Below are positions 19,425-28,819 of a stretch of DNA of 64,000 nucleotides, one piece after another. Both the position numbers and the translations under genes were made by a program. The notes under the pieces were generated by a model. The model searched no databases. It had not been told where the DNA came from and was given only the letters and a program-made list of their open reading frames with translations. The DNA is taken from the NCBI GenBank assembly GCA_950072105.1, contig CATMOE010000002.1, forward strand, positions 79,778 to 143,777, read 5' to 3'. Source of the stretch: an uncultured Dehalococcoidia bacterium (lineage in GTDB: Bacteria; Chloroflexota; Dehalococcoidia; Lucifugimonadales; UBA3495). Position 1 is the first letter of the stretch, and each line of letters opens with the position of its first letter.

Positions 19425-20427
19425 ATGGTGAATTATTGGCAGATTGCCGCTGGTTCGCGTGGCCGCGACTACTCTAGAGTACTTTTTCCGGTTTGGCATC
19501 GCCTTCGTTGGTGGGAAAATAAATTCAGAATTGATGACTGAGGTTGAACTTGGCGACCAGGTGCTCCTGAAAAAGGGCAGATCGCAATTAGTGGCCGCCG
19601 GGGAAGTCGTTAGCCGTGATGGCAAGCATCGTGGGAACGGAGACAAGAAGTGGCTGAAGGATGTTGATGGCTGGGACCTGAGTGCCTATTGCTACGTTGA
19701 TTGGCATATTCCGGCCAAGCCGGTGGGCGTTGAGGGATTCACTCGTAACACGATTCAAAGGGTGCATAAGCAACAACTTCGGTTGGACGCAGACCAAGTT
19801 ATCTCAGATTTTCCTGCCCAGGAGATCATTGCTTCCGGACCGGGGCAAACCACGGTGGTCGACGATGATGAAATCGTACAGCACTTGATCAGCCAAGGGC
19901 TACGCCCCGGGGCGGCGGAGGAATTGACTGCGACCTTTAACCGGATCCGCCGCCTGGCTCGGTATTACCATGGACGCCGTTGGGAGGATGTCGGGGAACA
20001 CGAGGCTCGTACCTTCCTAGTTATTCCTTTGCTTTTAGCTCTGGGCTAGGCTGAGCAAAAAATAAAGATTGAATTACCGGCCGGAGGGCGAGAACGGGCG
20101 GACATAGCCTGTTTTTCCAGACCATATGGGAGAAACAATGGCGAATGTGTCCTTATTATCGAGACCAAGAGCTTTAGCCAAGGTCTACATTACGCTCGGA
20201 ACCAGGTAGAGAGGTACGCGAAGGAATTCCCGAATTGTAAGTGCATCGTCGTTTCAAACGGTTATTGATATAAGACGTGGGAACGTAAAGAAGACGGAGG
20301 ATTCGGAAATGATCCATCAGCATTTCTTAATCTACTGGCGCCAAAGAATTGCTACCCGCTCGATCCTGACAACGTTCTAGGCTGTCTTGAGGTCCTCAGG
20401 ATGCTACTGCCAACGACCTGGATGTAA
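19425..20427 (+). pseudogene. Disrupted restriction-endonuclease-like gene (N-terminal recognition-like domain + HsdR-N-like PD-(D/E)xK nuclease)
   Basis: MVNYWQIAAGSRGRDYS, then a +1 frameshift near 19476 into EYFFRFGIAFVGG...; in-frame TAG at 20047 (LG*AEQ) and TGA at 20266; read-through shows ERADIA...LIIETK...QVERYA...VVSNG. Confidence 0.75.
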
Positions 20428-20464
20428 TATCGTCGGGTGCTGGCTCTGGGCGAGCCTGTTGGAA

Positions 20465-22285
20465 TCACCGGTTAGAGCGGAAGATTCTGGAGAGGAAAGA
20501 AGGCTCCGTTGAGTCAGCAGTTCCCTCGTTTGTGGACGTCCCAATAGTGTCGGAACTATCCCCGTATTCGGAGGGTCCGGCAGGTTCGGGACCGGCTACG
20601 GATACGGCGGCAACAGGTTCGTCCTGGGATTCCTGAGGGGCCCAGCGGTCTTCTAAAACCTTCTCCACCAAGGGATGGGTGCGGTTCAGATAGAAAGTCC
20701 GCAAGCGCCTGCTGCGCCCCGACTCGCTGTCCGTGGCTGTGTGCCAACCTTTGGTGAACAGATCGGCGTTCCCCAGACTTCGGACCATCTTGGTAACGTA
20801 GGTCCGGGAAAAGTCCTGGCCCCAACGCTGAGTGATTTCCAGGTGCTCCGCTTTCAGCCCTTCGTCCAGTGCCTGGCAGACCTCGCTCACCAGGAAGTTG
20901 AAAGCCACGTGGCTGACGGCTTCTTGATGTTCCAGGGTGTCGGCCATGATGATAATGTCGGCTACCCGGCGGCCGTCCAAACCGTCCGGCTGGCTTGGCG
21001 GGAGGTTAAGTTGGGGAAGTGTCTCGGCTAGTATCGCGGCTAGTCCGTTGATCTGGGTGGTTTGCGGGACCGCGACAGCATCATCGCTGACGAATTCGCC
21101 GATGATTTTCGGGGATACATCTTCCGGAACATCCTGGGGAGCGTCGTCGGGCTCATCGTCAACGCTTCCAGCGGCCATTGTGGGTGACTCGACCGGTTGT
21201 TCGGTTGAATCATCCTCGGTTGAAACATCTTCAGCCGGTTCTTCCGGGGTCTCAGCGGCAGTCTCTTGCCGCTCTGGGGTCCTGCGCCGCCCAAAGGAGA
21301 AACGGCTTCGCTTGACTTCCGCTGGGCACTCGTCTGAGGAATCATCCTCTGCGCTTTGAGCACTATCTGATTCAGTGGCTTTGGCGTCCGCAGGGGTCTC
21401 TTCGTCGGCCATGATGGCCCAATCGACCAGTCCAGCGGTTATCAGCCGGATGTTTCCTTCCTGGGCCACACGGGACATGAGCTTTTTGAAACCGGAAAAA
21501 CCGACTTTTTTCTCGTCGAAGTCGGGGTAGCGGCGCAATAGTCGTTGTTTGATCGACGTGAGCAGGGGCGTGCCCCCGGCCTGACGCTCGGTGCGGATAA
21601 TATCTTCGATCGCCGAGATGATCGCCGCCAGATCCTGCTTGCCGACAGGCGCACTTGGCCGGGCGGGACCGCGTCCGCCGGTTGCCGGAGGTGGCTCCGA
21701 CGGGGCACGGGCGCCGGTGCCGGTTGCCGCAGCCGGCTCCTCTGGGACAACGGTGTCGATGTCTTGGTCGTAGAGGATAAGGGCGTCCACCGTGTCGGCG
21801 AACCGGCGGGACGTGGCCCAGGAAACGCCGATGATAATCACCCGCTTGCCCATGGTCCGCAAGGCGTTGATCACGTGGATGAAATCCGAGTCGCCTGAAA
21901 CCAGAACGTAAGTGCCGATGTTGGGGTAGGAGTGGGCGATCTCGATGCAGTCGGCGGTCATTTTAACGTCGACGCTGTTCTTCACCCTGGTGGTGCGAGA
22001 GGAGTTGCTGCCCAAAGCCAGACGGGTAGGCACGTAGACGGGCTCGATACCCGCGGCGTAGAGGGCAGGAGGGTCGTTGATGAACTGGCTGGCGCCCCGC
22101 AGTTCGGGGGCGCGGGTTACCCAGTCGGCATAGGCTTTAGCTACCACCACCCGGCCGTGGTTGGAAACCTCTTCCTTCAGGGCGGAGACGTTGGGAGTCC
22201 GGTGGCCCACCGCCAGGCTGATCTTAAAGTTCTCCCAATCGATAAAAAGGGCTACGTCGTCGCCGGAGTGTATAGGTCCGTTCAT
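20465..22285 (-). CDS. NYN (LabA/DUF88) ribonuclease domain + OST-HTH/LOTUS domain + acidic linker + C-terminal domain
   Basis: ALFIDWEN, AYADW, KNSVDVKM, LVSGDSDF, GKRVIIIG; LOTUS-like YPDFDEKKVGFSGFKKLM. Confidence 0.88.
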   Translation of the reverse strand: MNGPIHSGDDVALFIDWENFKISLAVGHRTPNVSALKEEVSNHGRVVVAKAYADWVTRAPELRGASQFINDPPALYAAGIEPVYVPTRLALGSNSSRTTRVKNSVDVKMTADCIEIAHSYPNIGTYVLVSGDSDFIHVINALRTMGKRVIIIGVSWATSRRFADTVDALILYDQDIDTVVPEEPAAATGTGARAPSEPPPATGGRGPARPSAPVGKQDLAAIISAIEDIIRTERQAGGTPLLTSIKQRLLRRYPDFDEKKVGFSGFKKLMSRVAQEGNIRLITAGLVDWAIMADEETPADAKATESDSAQSAEDDSSDECPAEVKRSRFSFGRRRTPERQETAAETPEEPAEDVSTEDDSTEQPVESPTMAAGSVDDEPDDAPQDVPEDVSPKIIGEFVSDDAVAVPQTTQINGLAAILAETLPQLNLPPSQPDGLDGRRVADIIIMADTLEHQEAVSHVAFNFLVSEVCQALDEGLKAEHLEITQRWGQDFSRTYVTKMVRSLGNADLFTKGWHTATDSESGRSRRLRTFYLNRTHPLVEKVLEDRWAPQESQDEPVAAVSVAGPEPAGPSEYGDSSDTIGTSTNEGTADSTEPSFLSRIFRSNR

Positions 22286-22478
22286 ATTTGTATTCGTAGT
22301 AATTCCAGAGGTGTATTTGTCTAATGCCCAGTGTAAGCGGCCCGCTGGAACCAGTCAAGGAAACAGTAGGAGAGTTCCGGACGTTTTAGCGGCTTGAGCC
22401 TGGCTTGACAAGTCCCGGCATTTCCTTGATTGTACCATTTAGCCAAGAAACGCAGGCAAGAACCCAAGGAGCAAACCC

Positions 22479-23291
22479 ATGCCGGAACGACCTAGACTGG
22501 AAGGTAAAGTAGCCATCGTCACCGGGGCCGGGTCCAGCGGGCCTGGGATCGGCAACGGAAAGGCGACCTCGCTGTTGTTTGCCCGGGAAGGGGCCAAGGT
22601 ATTGCTGGTGGACGCCACCCTGGAACGGGCCGAAGAAACGCAAAGGATGATCCAGGAAGAAGGAGGAGAGGCCTCCGTGTTCGAGGCCGACATGACCAAC
22701 CGCGACGATTGCCAGGCGATGGCGGACGCGGCCGTGGAGCGCTACGGCCGGCTGGATATCTTGGACAATAACGTTGGTATGTCCATGCGGGGAACGGTGG
22801 TGGACGTTAGCGAGGACGACTGGGACCGCATCATCGCGGTCAACGTGAAAAGCATGATCTTCGCCAGCGGCGCCGCGATTCCTTACATGATAAAAAGCGG
22901 CGGCGGATCCATCATCAACATTTCGTCCATCGCCGGGCTCCGGGCCCATTCCCAAACACCTTACACCACCACCAAAACCGCCGTTATCGGTCTGACTTTT
23001 TCGATGGCGGCTGATCATGGTAAGGACAACATCCGGGTCAACTGCATCGCTCCGGGCCTGCTGCACACGCCGATGACCGCTCCCCGGATGAACGACGAGC
23101 AGCGCGAGCAACGCAAGTCCGCGGCGCCCCTGGGCACCGAGGGAACCGGTTGGGACGTCGGTTGGGCTGCGGTCTTCCTGGCCAGCGAAGAGGCCCGCTG
23201 GATCACCGGGATAGTTCTGCCGGTGGAGGCGGGCTTAACCGTGACTAGCCCGGTCACTTACACGACTATAGGTCAGCAAGCCCGGTTCTAG
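22479..23291 (+). CDS. Short-chain dehydrogenase/reductase
   Basis: VTGAGS..GIG, NNVG, NISS, YxxxK (YTTTK), IRVNCIAPG. Confidence 0.95.
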   Translation: MPERPRLEGKVAIVTGAGSSGPGIGNGKATSLLFAREGAKVLLVDATLERAEETQRMIQEEGGEASVFEADMTNRDDCQAMADAAVERYGRLDILDNNVGMSMRGTVVDVSEDDWDRIIAVNVKSMIFASGAAIPYMIKSGGGSIINISSIAGLRAHSQTPYTTTKTAVIGLTFSMAADHGKDNIRVNCIAPGLLHTPMTAPRMNDEQREQRKSAAPLGTEGTGWDVGWAAVFLASEEARWITGIVLPVEAGLTVTSPVTYTTIGQQARF

Positions 23292-23305
23292 AAGCAGGCC
23301 GGGAT

Positions 23306-23373
23306 GTGGTTCGACAGGCTCACCACGAACGGTAATTACTTCTTCTCACGTTCGTCCTGAGCTTGTCGAAGGA
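23306..23373. repeat. REP-like palindromic pair, family A (TTCGACAGGCTCA...TGAGCTTGTCGAA)
   Basis: Inverted pair between convergent genes; near-identical element at 35039-35105. Confidence 0.85.
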
Positions 23374-23377
23374 CCTT

Positions 23378-24919
23378 TCACCTGGATCGAGCCAGGTCAC
23401 CCACGGCCTTCACTCGGACTAGGGTGGCGTTGCTGGGGAGGTAGGTTAGTGGGACTTCGTCGATCTCCACGACTTCCACCGTGTCCCGTTTGGCGCCGGC
23501 GGCTACCGCTTTGTTGATAGCCTCGGCTCGGGCTTCGGCCAAGGCCTCTTGACGGCTCGTAGACTCGAGAGAATAAACCCTTTCAACCTGACCACCTACC
23601 TGGGCGATAGCCGCTCCGATGGCGTTGGCGACGTCGCCATGTTCCGGGCGCAGCACCTGAGAAGCTCCGCTTAGGGAGCTGTCCGCCAGGATGCGACCCC
23701 CGCCTACCAGGACAACGGGCACATCCGTAGAGCTGACCTTGACTTGGTCGATGGCGGTTTCCATTCTGTGCTGAATCTCTTGCGACGCCTGCTCCACCAA
23801 CGAGCTTGCCAGCCCTTGTACTAGAGCGGGGTTTCCGACTTGGGCCAGTCCCGCGGACACGGCAATATCGGTACCGGTCAGCGTGCCACCGCCGAAAACT
23901 ATCGCTTCCTCGGTTAAACGGTACCCCACGCTGTTGGGGCCGATGCGCAGTGGATTTTCTTGGATAACGCTGCCCCCGCCCAAGGGAATAGATAGTACGT
24001 CCGGCATCCGGAAATTGGTCCGCACGCCGGCTATGCTGACCGCCACCGCCGCTTCCCGGGGGAAACCCTTGACCAAAGCGCCCACGTCAGTGGAGGTGCC
24101 GCCCACGTCCACCACGATGCCGTCGCGGACACCGGATAAGAAGGCAGCACCTCGCATGCTGTTGGTGGGGCCTGAAGATATCGTTAGCACCGGAAACCGG
24201 GCGGCGAATTCAGCGTCCATCAGCGTCCCGTCGTTCTGGCTCATGTACAGAGGAGCTTCGAGGCCCAAGGATCTGATGGCGTTTTGGATGCCCTGAATGG
24301 TACGCGCCGCGACATCGCCGAGACAGGCGTTGAGCGCGGCGGCGTTTTCCCGTTCCAGCAGGCCGATGCGCCCATTCTCGTGGGAGAGGGTTATCTTGAG
24401 ACCGGGAGCTACCCGGCTTATCACGGCGGCGGCCTCGATCTCGTGGGCCGGGTTCACCGGGGAGAACACCCCGGAGATGGCGACGGCCCGTACCCCTTGA
24501 CGCAGCATTTCTTTCGCCGCGTCAGCAACTTTCGAGGCGTCAAAGGAAGAGATTTCCCTGCCATCGAACTCGTGTCCACCAGGCACCATGTAGGTGAATC
24601 CGCCGATGGCATCCCGCAAGGGGCCGGGCCAGTCCACCAGAGGAGGAAGTAGAGTGGTGGCGGGAAGACACAACCGGATGACCGCGGTTGGAGTCAGTTG
24701 CCGGCTCTCTAGGAGGGCGTTGGTGAAGTGGGTGGTGCCCACCATCACTCCATCCACCGTTCCATCGGAAGGCCGCTGGGCAAGAACCTCTGTCAAGGCG
24801 GCCACGATACCCTCGGTTACGTCGGGCGTAGTGGACAGCTTGGCCTTGGCCAGCAGCTCTACACCGTCCATCAGGACGGCGTCGGTGTTGGTTCCCCCCA
24901 CGTCGACGCCTATAAACAC
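23378..24919 (-). CDS. Hydantoinase A/oxoprolinase family protein
   Basis: GVDVGGTNTDAV, GTTHFTNAL, GGHEFDG, SGPTNSMRGA, VDVGGTSTD, ANAIGAA. Confidence 0.92.
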   Translation of the reverse strand: MFIGVDVGGTNTDAVLMDGVELLAKAKLSTTPDVTEGIVAALTEVLAQRPSDGTVDGVMVGTTHFTNALLESRQLTPTAVIRLCLPATTLLPPLVDWPGPLRDAIGGFTYMVPGGHEFDGREISSFDASKVADAAKEMLRQGVRAVAISGVFSPVNPAHEIEAAAVISRVAPGLKITLSHENGRIGLLERENAAALNACLGDVAARTIQGIQNAIRSLGLEAPLYMSQNDGTLMDAEFAARFPVLTISSGPTNSMRGAAFLSGVRDGIVVDVGGTSTDVGALVKGFPREAAVAVSIAGVRTNFRMPDVLSIPLGGGSVIQENPLRIGPNSVGYRLTEEAIVFGGGTLTGTDIAVSAGLAQVGNPALVQGLASSLVEQASQEIQHRMETAIDQVKVSSTDVPVVLVGGGRILADSSLSGASQVLRPEHGDVANAIGAAIAQVGGQVERVYSLESTSRQEALAEARAEAINKAVAAGAKRDTVEVVEIDEVPLTYLPSNATLVRVKAVGDLARSR

Positions 24920-24988
24920 GTTAGTATTGACTCCTGTCGGTTATACTCATTCGCCCTATTATTTAGGTTACGCAAGCGTGTCCTGTAG

Positions 24989-26059
24989 TCACAACTGGAT
25001 CGGGGAGAAGTCGGTGTCATAGCCGAAGACTCGGGGTCCGGCCACCGCTAATCCTTCCGGAGTTGTCCACAGGTCAGGCGCGGGCAAACCCAGGACGATT
25101 ACCCGCAACCCGTAGCGCAGCAACTCCGTGGTCACCGGCTCCCCGGTCTCCGAGTCTACGACGCAGATCAGGTCCGGGACGGTGCACACGATCTGCCCGT
25201 CACGGCGGGCGATGAGGTTTTCATTCTGGAACTCGATGGCCAACCGTTCGCCGTTGTAGTCCGCCAGTCCCTCGATGGATAGGCTACCCCGGGCGAAGCC
25301 CGCTGTCGTCCGCCGATCCACGTCGGCGATTTTACCATTGAACAGAATCTTGCCCGGACACGTGCCTAAGATGGATTCGATTGGGTCTTCACCACGCACA
25401 CGAGCGGTAATGACCGCGTCTCCCAAGTTCCGGGCCAAGGATAGAGTGTTCAGCACCGCCGTCCGCCGAACCTGCTCAGCGGTCATGGGAGCTACGGCGT
25501 AGCAGGCGACGCATCCCATCTGAACCGTTATCGCCCGGGCCAGTCGTTCGGCCCATGCCGGGCTGATGGTTTCGGGGATGACCACGGTGTTGCCCTTTTC
25601 GTCGGCGATGGCCATGGGGCAGCAAGGCACTCCGTAGACGAAGAAGGTTTTCATCTGAAACTCGGGAAAGGCCCGGCCCATGCCGTCTGCGTCGACCACT
25701 GGGAGGCCAGTCATGGCCGCCGGTATCAACGGCTCCACCGAGTTGCTCCCCCCGATCTCGTTGGATATGAGGGCGGTGGCTTTCTTGCCGGTGAACTCTT
25801 CGATGGCCCGAAGAGCGTAAAGCGATTGGAGGTCCCGCACCTTCTCAATCCCAACCGTAGGCGCACCGATGCCTCCCACGCAGATGACCTGGGCATCGTC
25901 AGGCAGTTCATCCGGGTCCAGCACTGTTACCGGGCCGTGCTCTTTGATCGCCTGCCGGGCTCGAAGCTGACCTATATAGGGGTTGCCGCCCCCGCCCGTG
26001 CCCAATATCCCCGCGCCCATGGCGATGGCTTCCAGGTTGTCCTCGTTGGCTTCCCACAT
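24989..26059 (-). CDS. DUF917 family protein (start MWEANED)
   Basis: GAGILGTGGGG, EIGGSN, VVDADGMGRAFPE, FQNENL, PDLIC; RBS GGAG before ATG at 26059. Confidence 0.88.
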   Translation of the reverse strand: MWEANEDNLEAIAMGAGILGTGGGGNPYIGQLRARQAIKEHGPVTVLDPDELPDDAQVICVGGIGAPTVGIEKVRDLQSLYALRAIEEFTGKKATALISNEIGGSNSVEPLIPAAMTGLPVVDADGMGRAFPEFQMKTFFVYGVPCCPMAIADEKGNTVVIPETISPAWAERLARAITVQMGCVACYAVAPMTAEQVRRTAVLNTLSLARNLGDAVITARVRGEDPIESILGTCPGKILFNGKIADVDRRTTAGFARGSLSIEGLADYNGERLAIEFQNENLIARRDGQIVCTVPDLICVVDSETGEPVTTELLRYGLRVIVLGLPAPDLWTTPEGLAVAGPRVFGYDTDFSPIQL

Positions 26060-26132
26060 ATGTGGTGTGTCTCCTGATTGTCGCACCGGGGTAGGCCGGC
26101 GTCCACGGCTAAACAGGTTGCCAGCGGGTCCG

Positions 26133-26159
26133 TGGATTCCGGTATGCGCCGGAATGACG
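26133..26159. repeat. REP-like palindrome (TGGATTCCGG...CCGGAATGAC type)
   Basis: ATTCCGG-TATGCG-CCGGAAT hairpin in the divergent intergenic region. Confidence 0.6.
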
Positions 26160-26190
26160 GGAACCCTCCTGGTGGCGTGGCAACTACCGT

Positions 26191-26238
26191 TATACAATGG
26201 GCGGCATCATCCTGTATACAATGGGCGGCATCATCCTG
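26191..26238 (+). repeat. Perfect 24-bp tandem duplication TATACAATGGGCGGCATCATCCTG x2
   Basis: Copies at 26191-26214 and 26215-26238. Confidence 0.95.
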
Positions 26239-26293
26239 ACAAATTTGGGCCGCTAAAGACGGGAGAGCCAACGAGCGCCGGAGGGGGAACAGA

Positions 26294-28627
26294 TTGGGTT
26301 ACACAGGACAGCCAGTCAGAAGATTTGAAGATGCCAGGCTCGTGTCCGGGCAGGGTTCGTATGTGGATGACATCAAGATTCCGGGGATGCTTCACGCCGC
26401 TTTCCTGCGCAGTCCCCATGCGCATGCCCGAATCAGGTCCGTAGATGTGGCGGCTGCGCAAGAGATGCCCGGCGTGGAGGTTGTACTGACCGGAGAGGAC
26501 ATATTAGGAATCGTTCCGGACCTGCCTACCAGGTCAATGAGCGGGGAGTGGGAGGTGGACGAATTCAACGCTCCGGAGCATCCTGCCCTGGCCGTGGGGA
26601 AAGTTTCCTACGTGGGGCAGACGGTGGCGGTGGTGGTGGCTCAAGACCCTGGCCAGGCTAGAGACGCCCTTGAAATGATACAAGTCGACTACGAACCGCT
26701 GCCGGTGGTGTTGGACCCATGGGAGGCGGCTTCTCCGGACTCCATCCCGATCCATGAAGAGTTGGGCACCAACGTGGCGTTGCGCATCCACCACGACCGG
26801 CAGGGCGAAGAACTGGATAAAGCCTTTTCCCAAGCCGACCTGATCGTGGAGCAGCGTTACGACGTGCAAAGGTTGGCGCCGGTGCCGATGGAGACGAGGG
26901 GCCTGGTCGCCCACTACCAGCCCGAAGACGATTTCCTGACCATCTGGGCCTCGACCCAAGGGGCCCATCGGGTGCAAAAGCAAATTTCCCGGCTGCTGGA
27001 TTTCCCAGAAGCAAAGATTCGTGTGATCGCTCCCGACGTGGGCGGTGGGTTTGGCGAGAAGGGCGGCGTGTTTCCCGAAGATTTGGCGGTGTCCTACTTG
27101 GCGCTGAAGCTGGGCAAGCCAATCAAGTGGGTGGCGGACCGGCAGGAGAACATGCTGGGGTTCCATGGCCGGGGACATTCGGTGAATGTGGAAGCCGCCG
27201 TACAGAATGACGGAACGATATTGGGCATCCGCCTCCAGATCGTTGGCGACGGCGGGGCTTATTTCGGCAACTCGACACCGGGACCGCCCTACCGGGCCAG
27301 TCACCGCATCATCGGTCCCTACAAGACTCCGACGGCGAGAATCGAGGTGCTGGGAGTCGTTACCAACAAGCCGCCCACCGGCGCTTACCGGGGGGCGGGA
27401 GGCCCTGAGTCGGCATTTTGCATGGAGCGGACGGTGGACCTGGTGGCCCAAGAGTTGGGTTTGGACCCGGTGGAGGTGCGAAGAATCAACTTTATCTCCT
27501 CCGATGATTTCCCTTACCTGACGCCTACCGGCCTTATCTACGACACCGGCGACTATGACACAGTGTTCGACCGGACCCTGGAAATGGCCGACTACTCCGG
27601 ATGGCGCGAAAAGGCCCGGGAAAGCAAGAACGGAAACGGCCCTCTCATCGGCGTAGGCGTGGCGACCGTGATCAAGATGTCCGGAGGGTCGGGAGAGTCG
27701 AGAAACGAGGAAGCCTGGCTCAAGATTGAGCCGGACGGCCGGATCACGGCGCTGACCGGCATTTCTCCCCACGGCCAAGGCTCGGCAACAGCGTTTGCCC
27801 AGGTTGTGGCCGACCAGTTGGGGGTGACGCCCGCCGACGTTCAGGTATTGCACGGAGACACGGCCGTGGTGCCTTCAGGCGGTGGTACCGGCGCGACCCG
27901 GGCCACCGTGGTCGGTGGATCCGCCCTTTACCTAGTTGCCGAGAAAGCCCACCACAAGTTGGTGAGCATCGCCGCCCATCAACTGGGGTGTGCCGAAGCA
28001 GACGTTGTTTTGGAAGAAGGACAGGCCTTCAGCAGTCATGACCCTGGGCGAACCGTTGCCTTCCGGGAGCTGGCGGCCGCGGCTTATAGCGAAGAGCGGT
28101 TGCCACCGGGCGTTACGGCGGGTCTGGACTTCAGCGGAAGCTTTACGCTGGGTCAACCCTATCAAAGCCCCCACTCATTCAGCACCCACGTGGTGGCAGT
28201 CCAAGTTAGCCGGGAGAACGGCATGGTGGAAATCCTGAACTATACCGCCATCCATGACTGCGGCCGAATACTTAACCCTATGCTGGTTGAGGGTCAGGTC
28301 CATGGGGGTATAGCCCAGGGGATCGGGCAGGCATTGTGGGAAGGAGTGGCCTATTCCCCGGATGGCCAACCCCTGACCGCCAGCCTGATGGACTACGCCA
28401 TGCCCTTGGCGCAAGGTCTACCCGAGTTGAACTTGGACACTCACGAAACACCCTCCCCAATGAATCCGTTGGGAATCAAAGGAGTTGGAGAGTTGCCCAC
28501 GGTGGCGGCTCCCGCCGCGGTAGCCAACGCGGTGATGGATGCCCTGTCCGGCTTCGGCGTGCGCCATATCGACACGCCGCTGACGCCGGAAAAAGTCTGG
28601 AACGCGATGCAGGGACGGACCGGATGA
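26294..28627 (+). CDS. Xanthine dehydrogenase-family molybdopterin-binding large subunit (form II CoxL-like)
   Basis: RSPHAHA, PMETRG, DVGGGFGEKG, AYRGAGG loop, HGQG, GQVHGGIAQGIG, KGVGE. Confidence 0.93.
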   Translation: MGYTGQPVRRFEDARLVSGQGSYVDDIKIPGMLHAAFLRSPHAHARIRSVDVAAAQEMPGVEVVLTGEDILGIVPDLPTRSMSGEWEVDEFNAPEHPALAVGKVSYVGQTVAVVVAQDPGQARDALEMIQVDYEPLPVVLDPWEAASPDSIPIHEELGTNVALRIHHDRQGEELDKAFSQADLIVEQRYDVQRLAPVPMETRGLVAHYQPEDDFLTIWASTQGAHRVQKQISRLLDFPEAKIRVIAPDVGGGFGEKGGVFPEDLAVSYLALKLGKPIKWVADRQENMLGFHGRGHSVNVEAAVQNDGTILGIRLQIVGDGGAYFGNSTPGPPYRASHRIIGPYKTPTARIEVLGVVTNKPPTGAYRGAGGPESAFCMERTVDLVAQELGLDPVEVRRINFISSDDFPYLTPTGLIYDTGDYDTVFDRTLEMADYSGWREKARESKNGNGPLIGVGVATVIKMSGGSGESRNEEAWLKIEPDGRITALTGISPHGQGSATAFAQVVADQLGVTPADVQVLHGDTAVVPSGGGTGATRATVVGGSALYLVAEKAHHKLVSIAAHQLGCAEADVVLEEGQAFSSHDPGRTVAFRELAAAAYSEERLPPGVTAGLDFSGSFTLGQPYQSPHSFSTHVVAVQVSRENGMVEILNYTAIHDCGRILNPMLVEGQVHGGIAQGIGQALWEGVAYSPDGQPLTASLMDYAMPLAQGLPELNLDTHETPSPMNPLGIKGVGELPTVAAPAAVANAVMDALSGFGVRHIDTPLTPEKVWNAMQGRTG

Positions 28628-28660
28628 GGTTAACTGCTTAAACAGCCAATACCGCCAGCC

Positions 28661-28819
28661 CTATCTCTGGCTACGGATATATTCAACGAGGAAAAGGACT
28701 CCGCTCACGAAGATTATCGTGATGCCTACGTTGATGTCCAGGTTATCGGTGCTTGCGGCGACCGCCCCGGCTAGCATGGCGATGGCGGCGGCGAGCAGCC
28801 GCACTTGCACGTTGGTCAT
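28661..28819 (-). CDS. Small two-TM membrane protein
   Basis: ATGA overlap with the upstream gene stop; MTNVQVRLLAAAIAMLAGAV...ITIIFVSGVLFLVEYIR. Confidence 0.6.
   Translation of the reverse strand: MTNVQVRLLAAAIAMLAGAVAASTDNLDINVGITIIFVSGVLFLVEYIRSQR

Noticed and set aside
20266..20268. In-frame TGA as selenocysteine
   Set aside because: The same gene also has a TAG and a frameshift, and there is no redox motif; pseudogenisation is the simpler explanation.
24989..26197. ORF-track N-terminal extensions (DUF917 from 26197; also 33324, 50170, 52574, 54868, 31097)
   Set aside because: The extensions cross repeats or neighbouring genes; downstream starts have an RBS or stop-start coupling and match family N-termini.
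26534..27853. 439-aa minus-strand ORF
   Set aside because: Antisense to the well-supported molybdoenzyme gene; typical high-GC shadow ORF.
26294..28627. Bona fide aerobic CO dehydrogenase (form I coxL)
   Set aside because: Lacks the AYxCSFR motif and adjacent coxMS genes.
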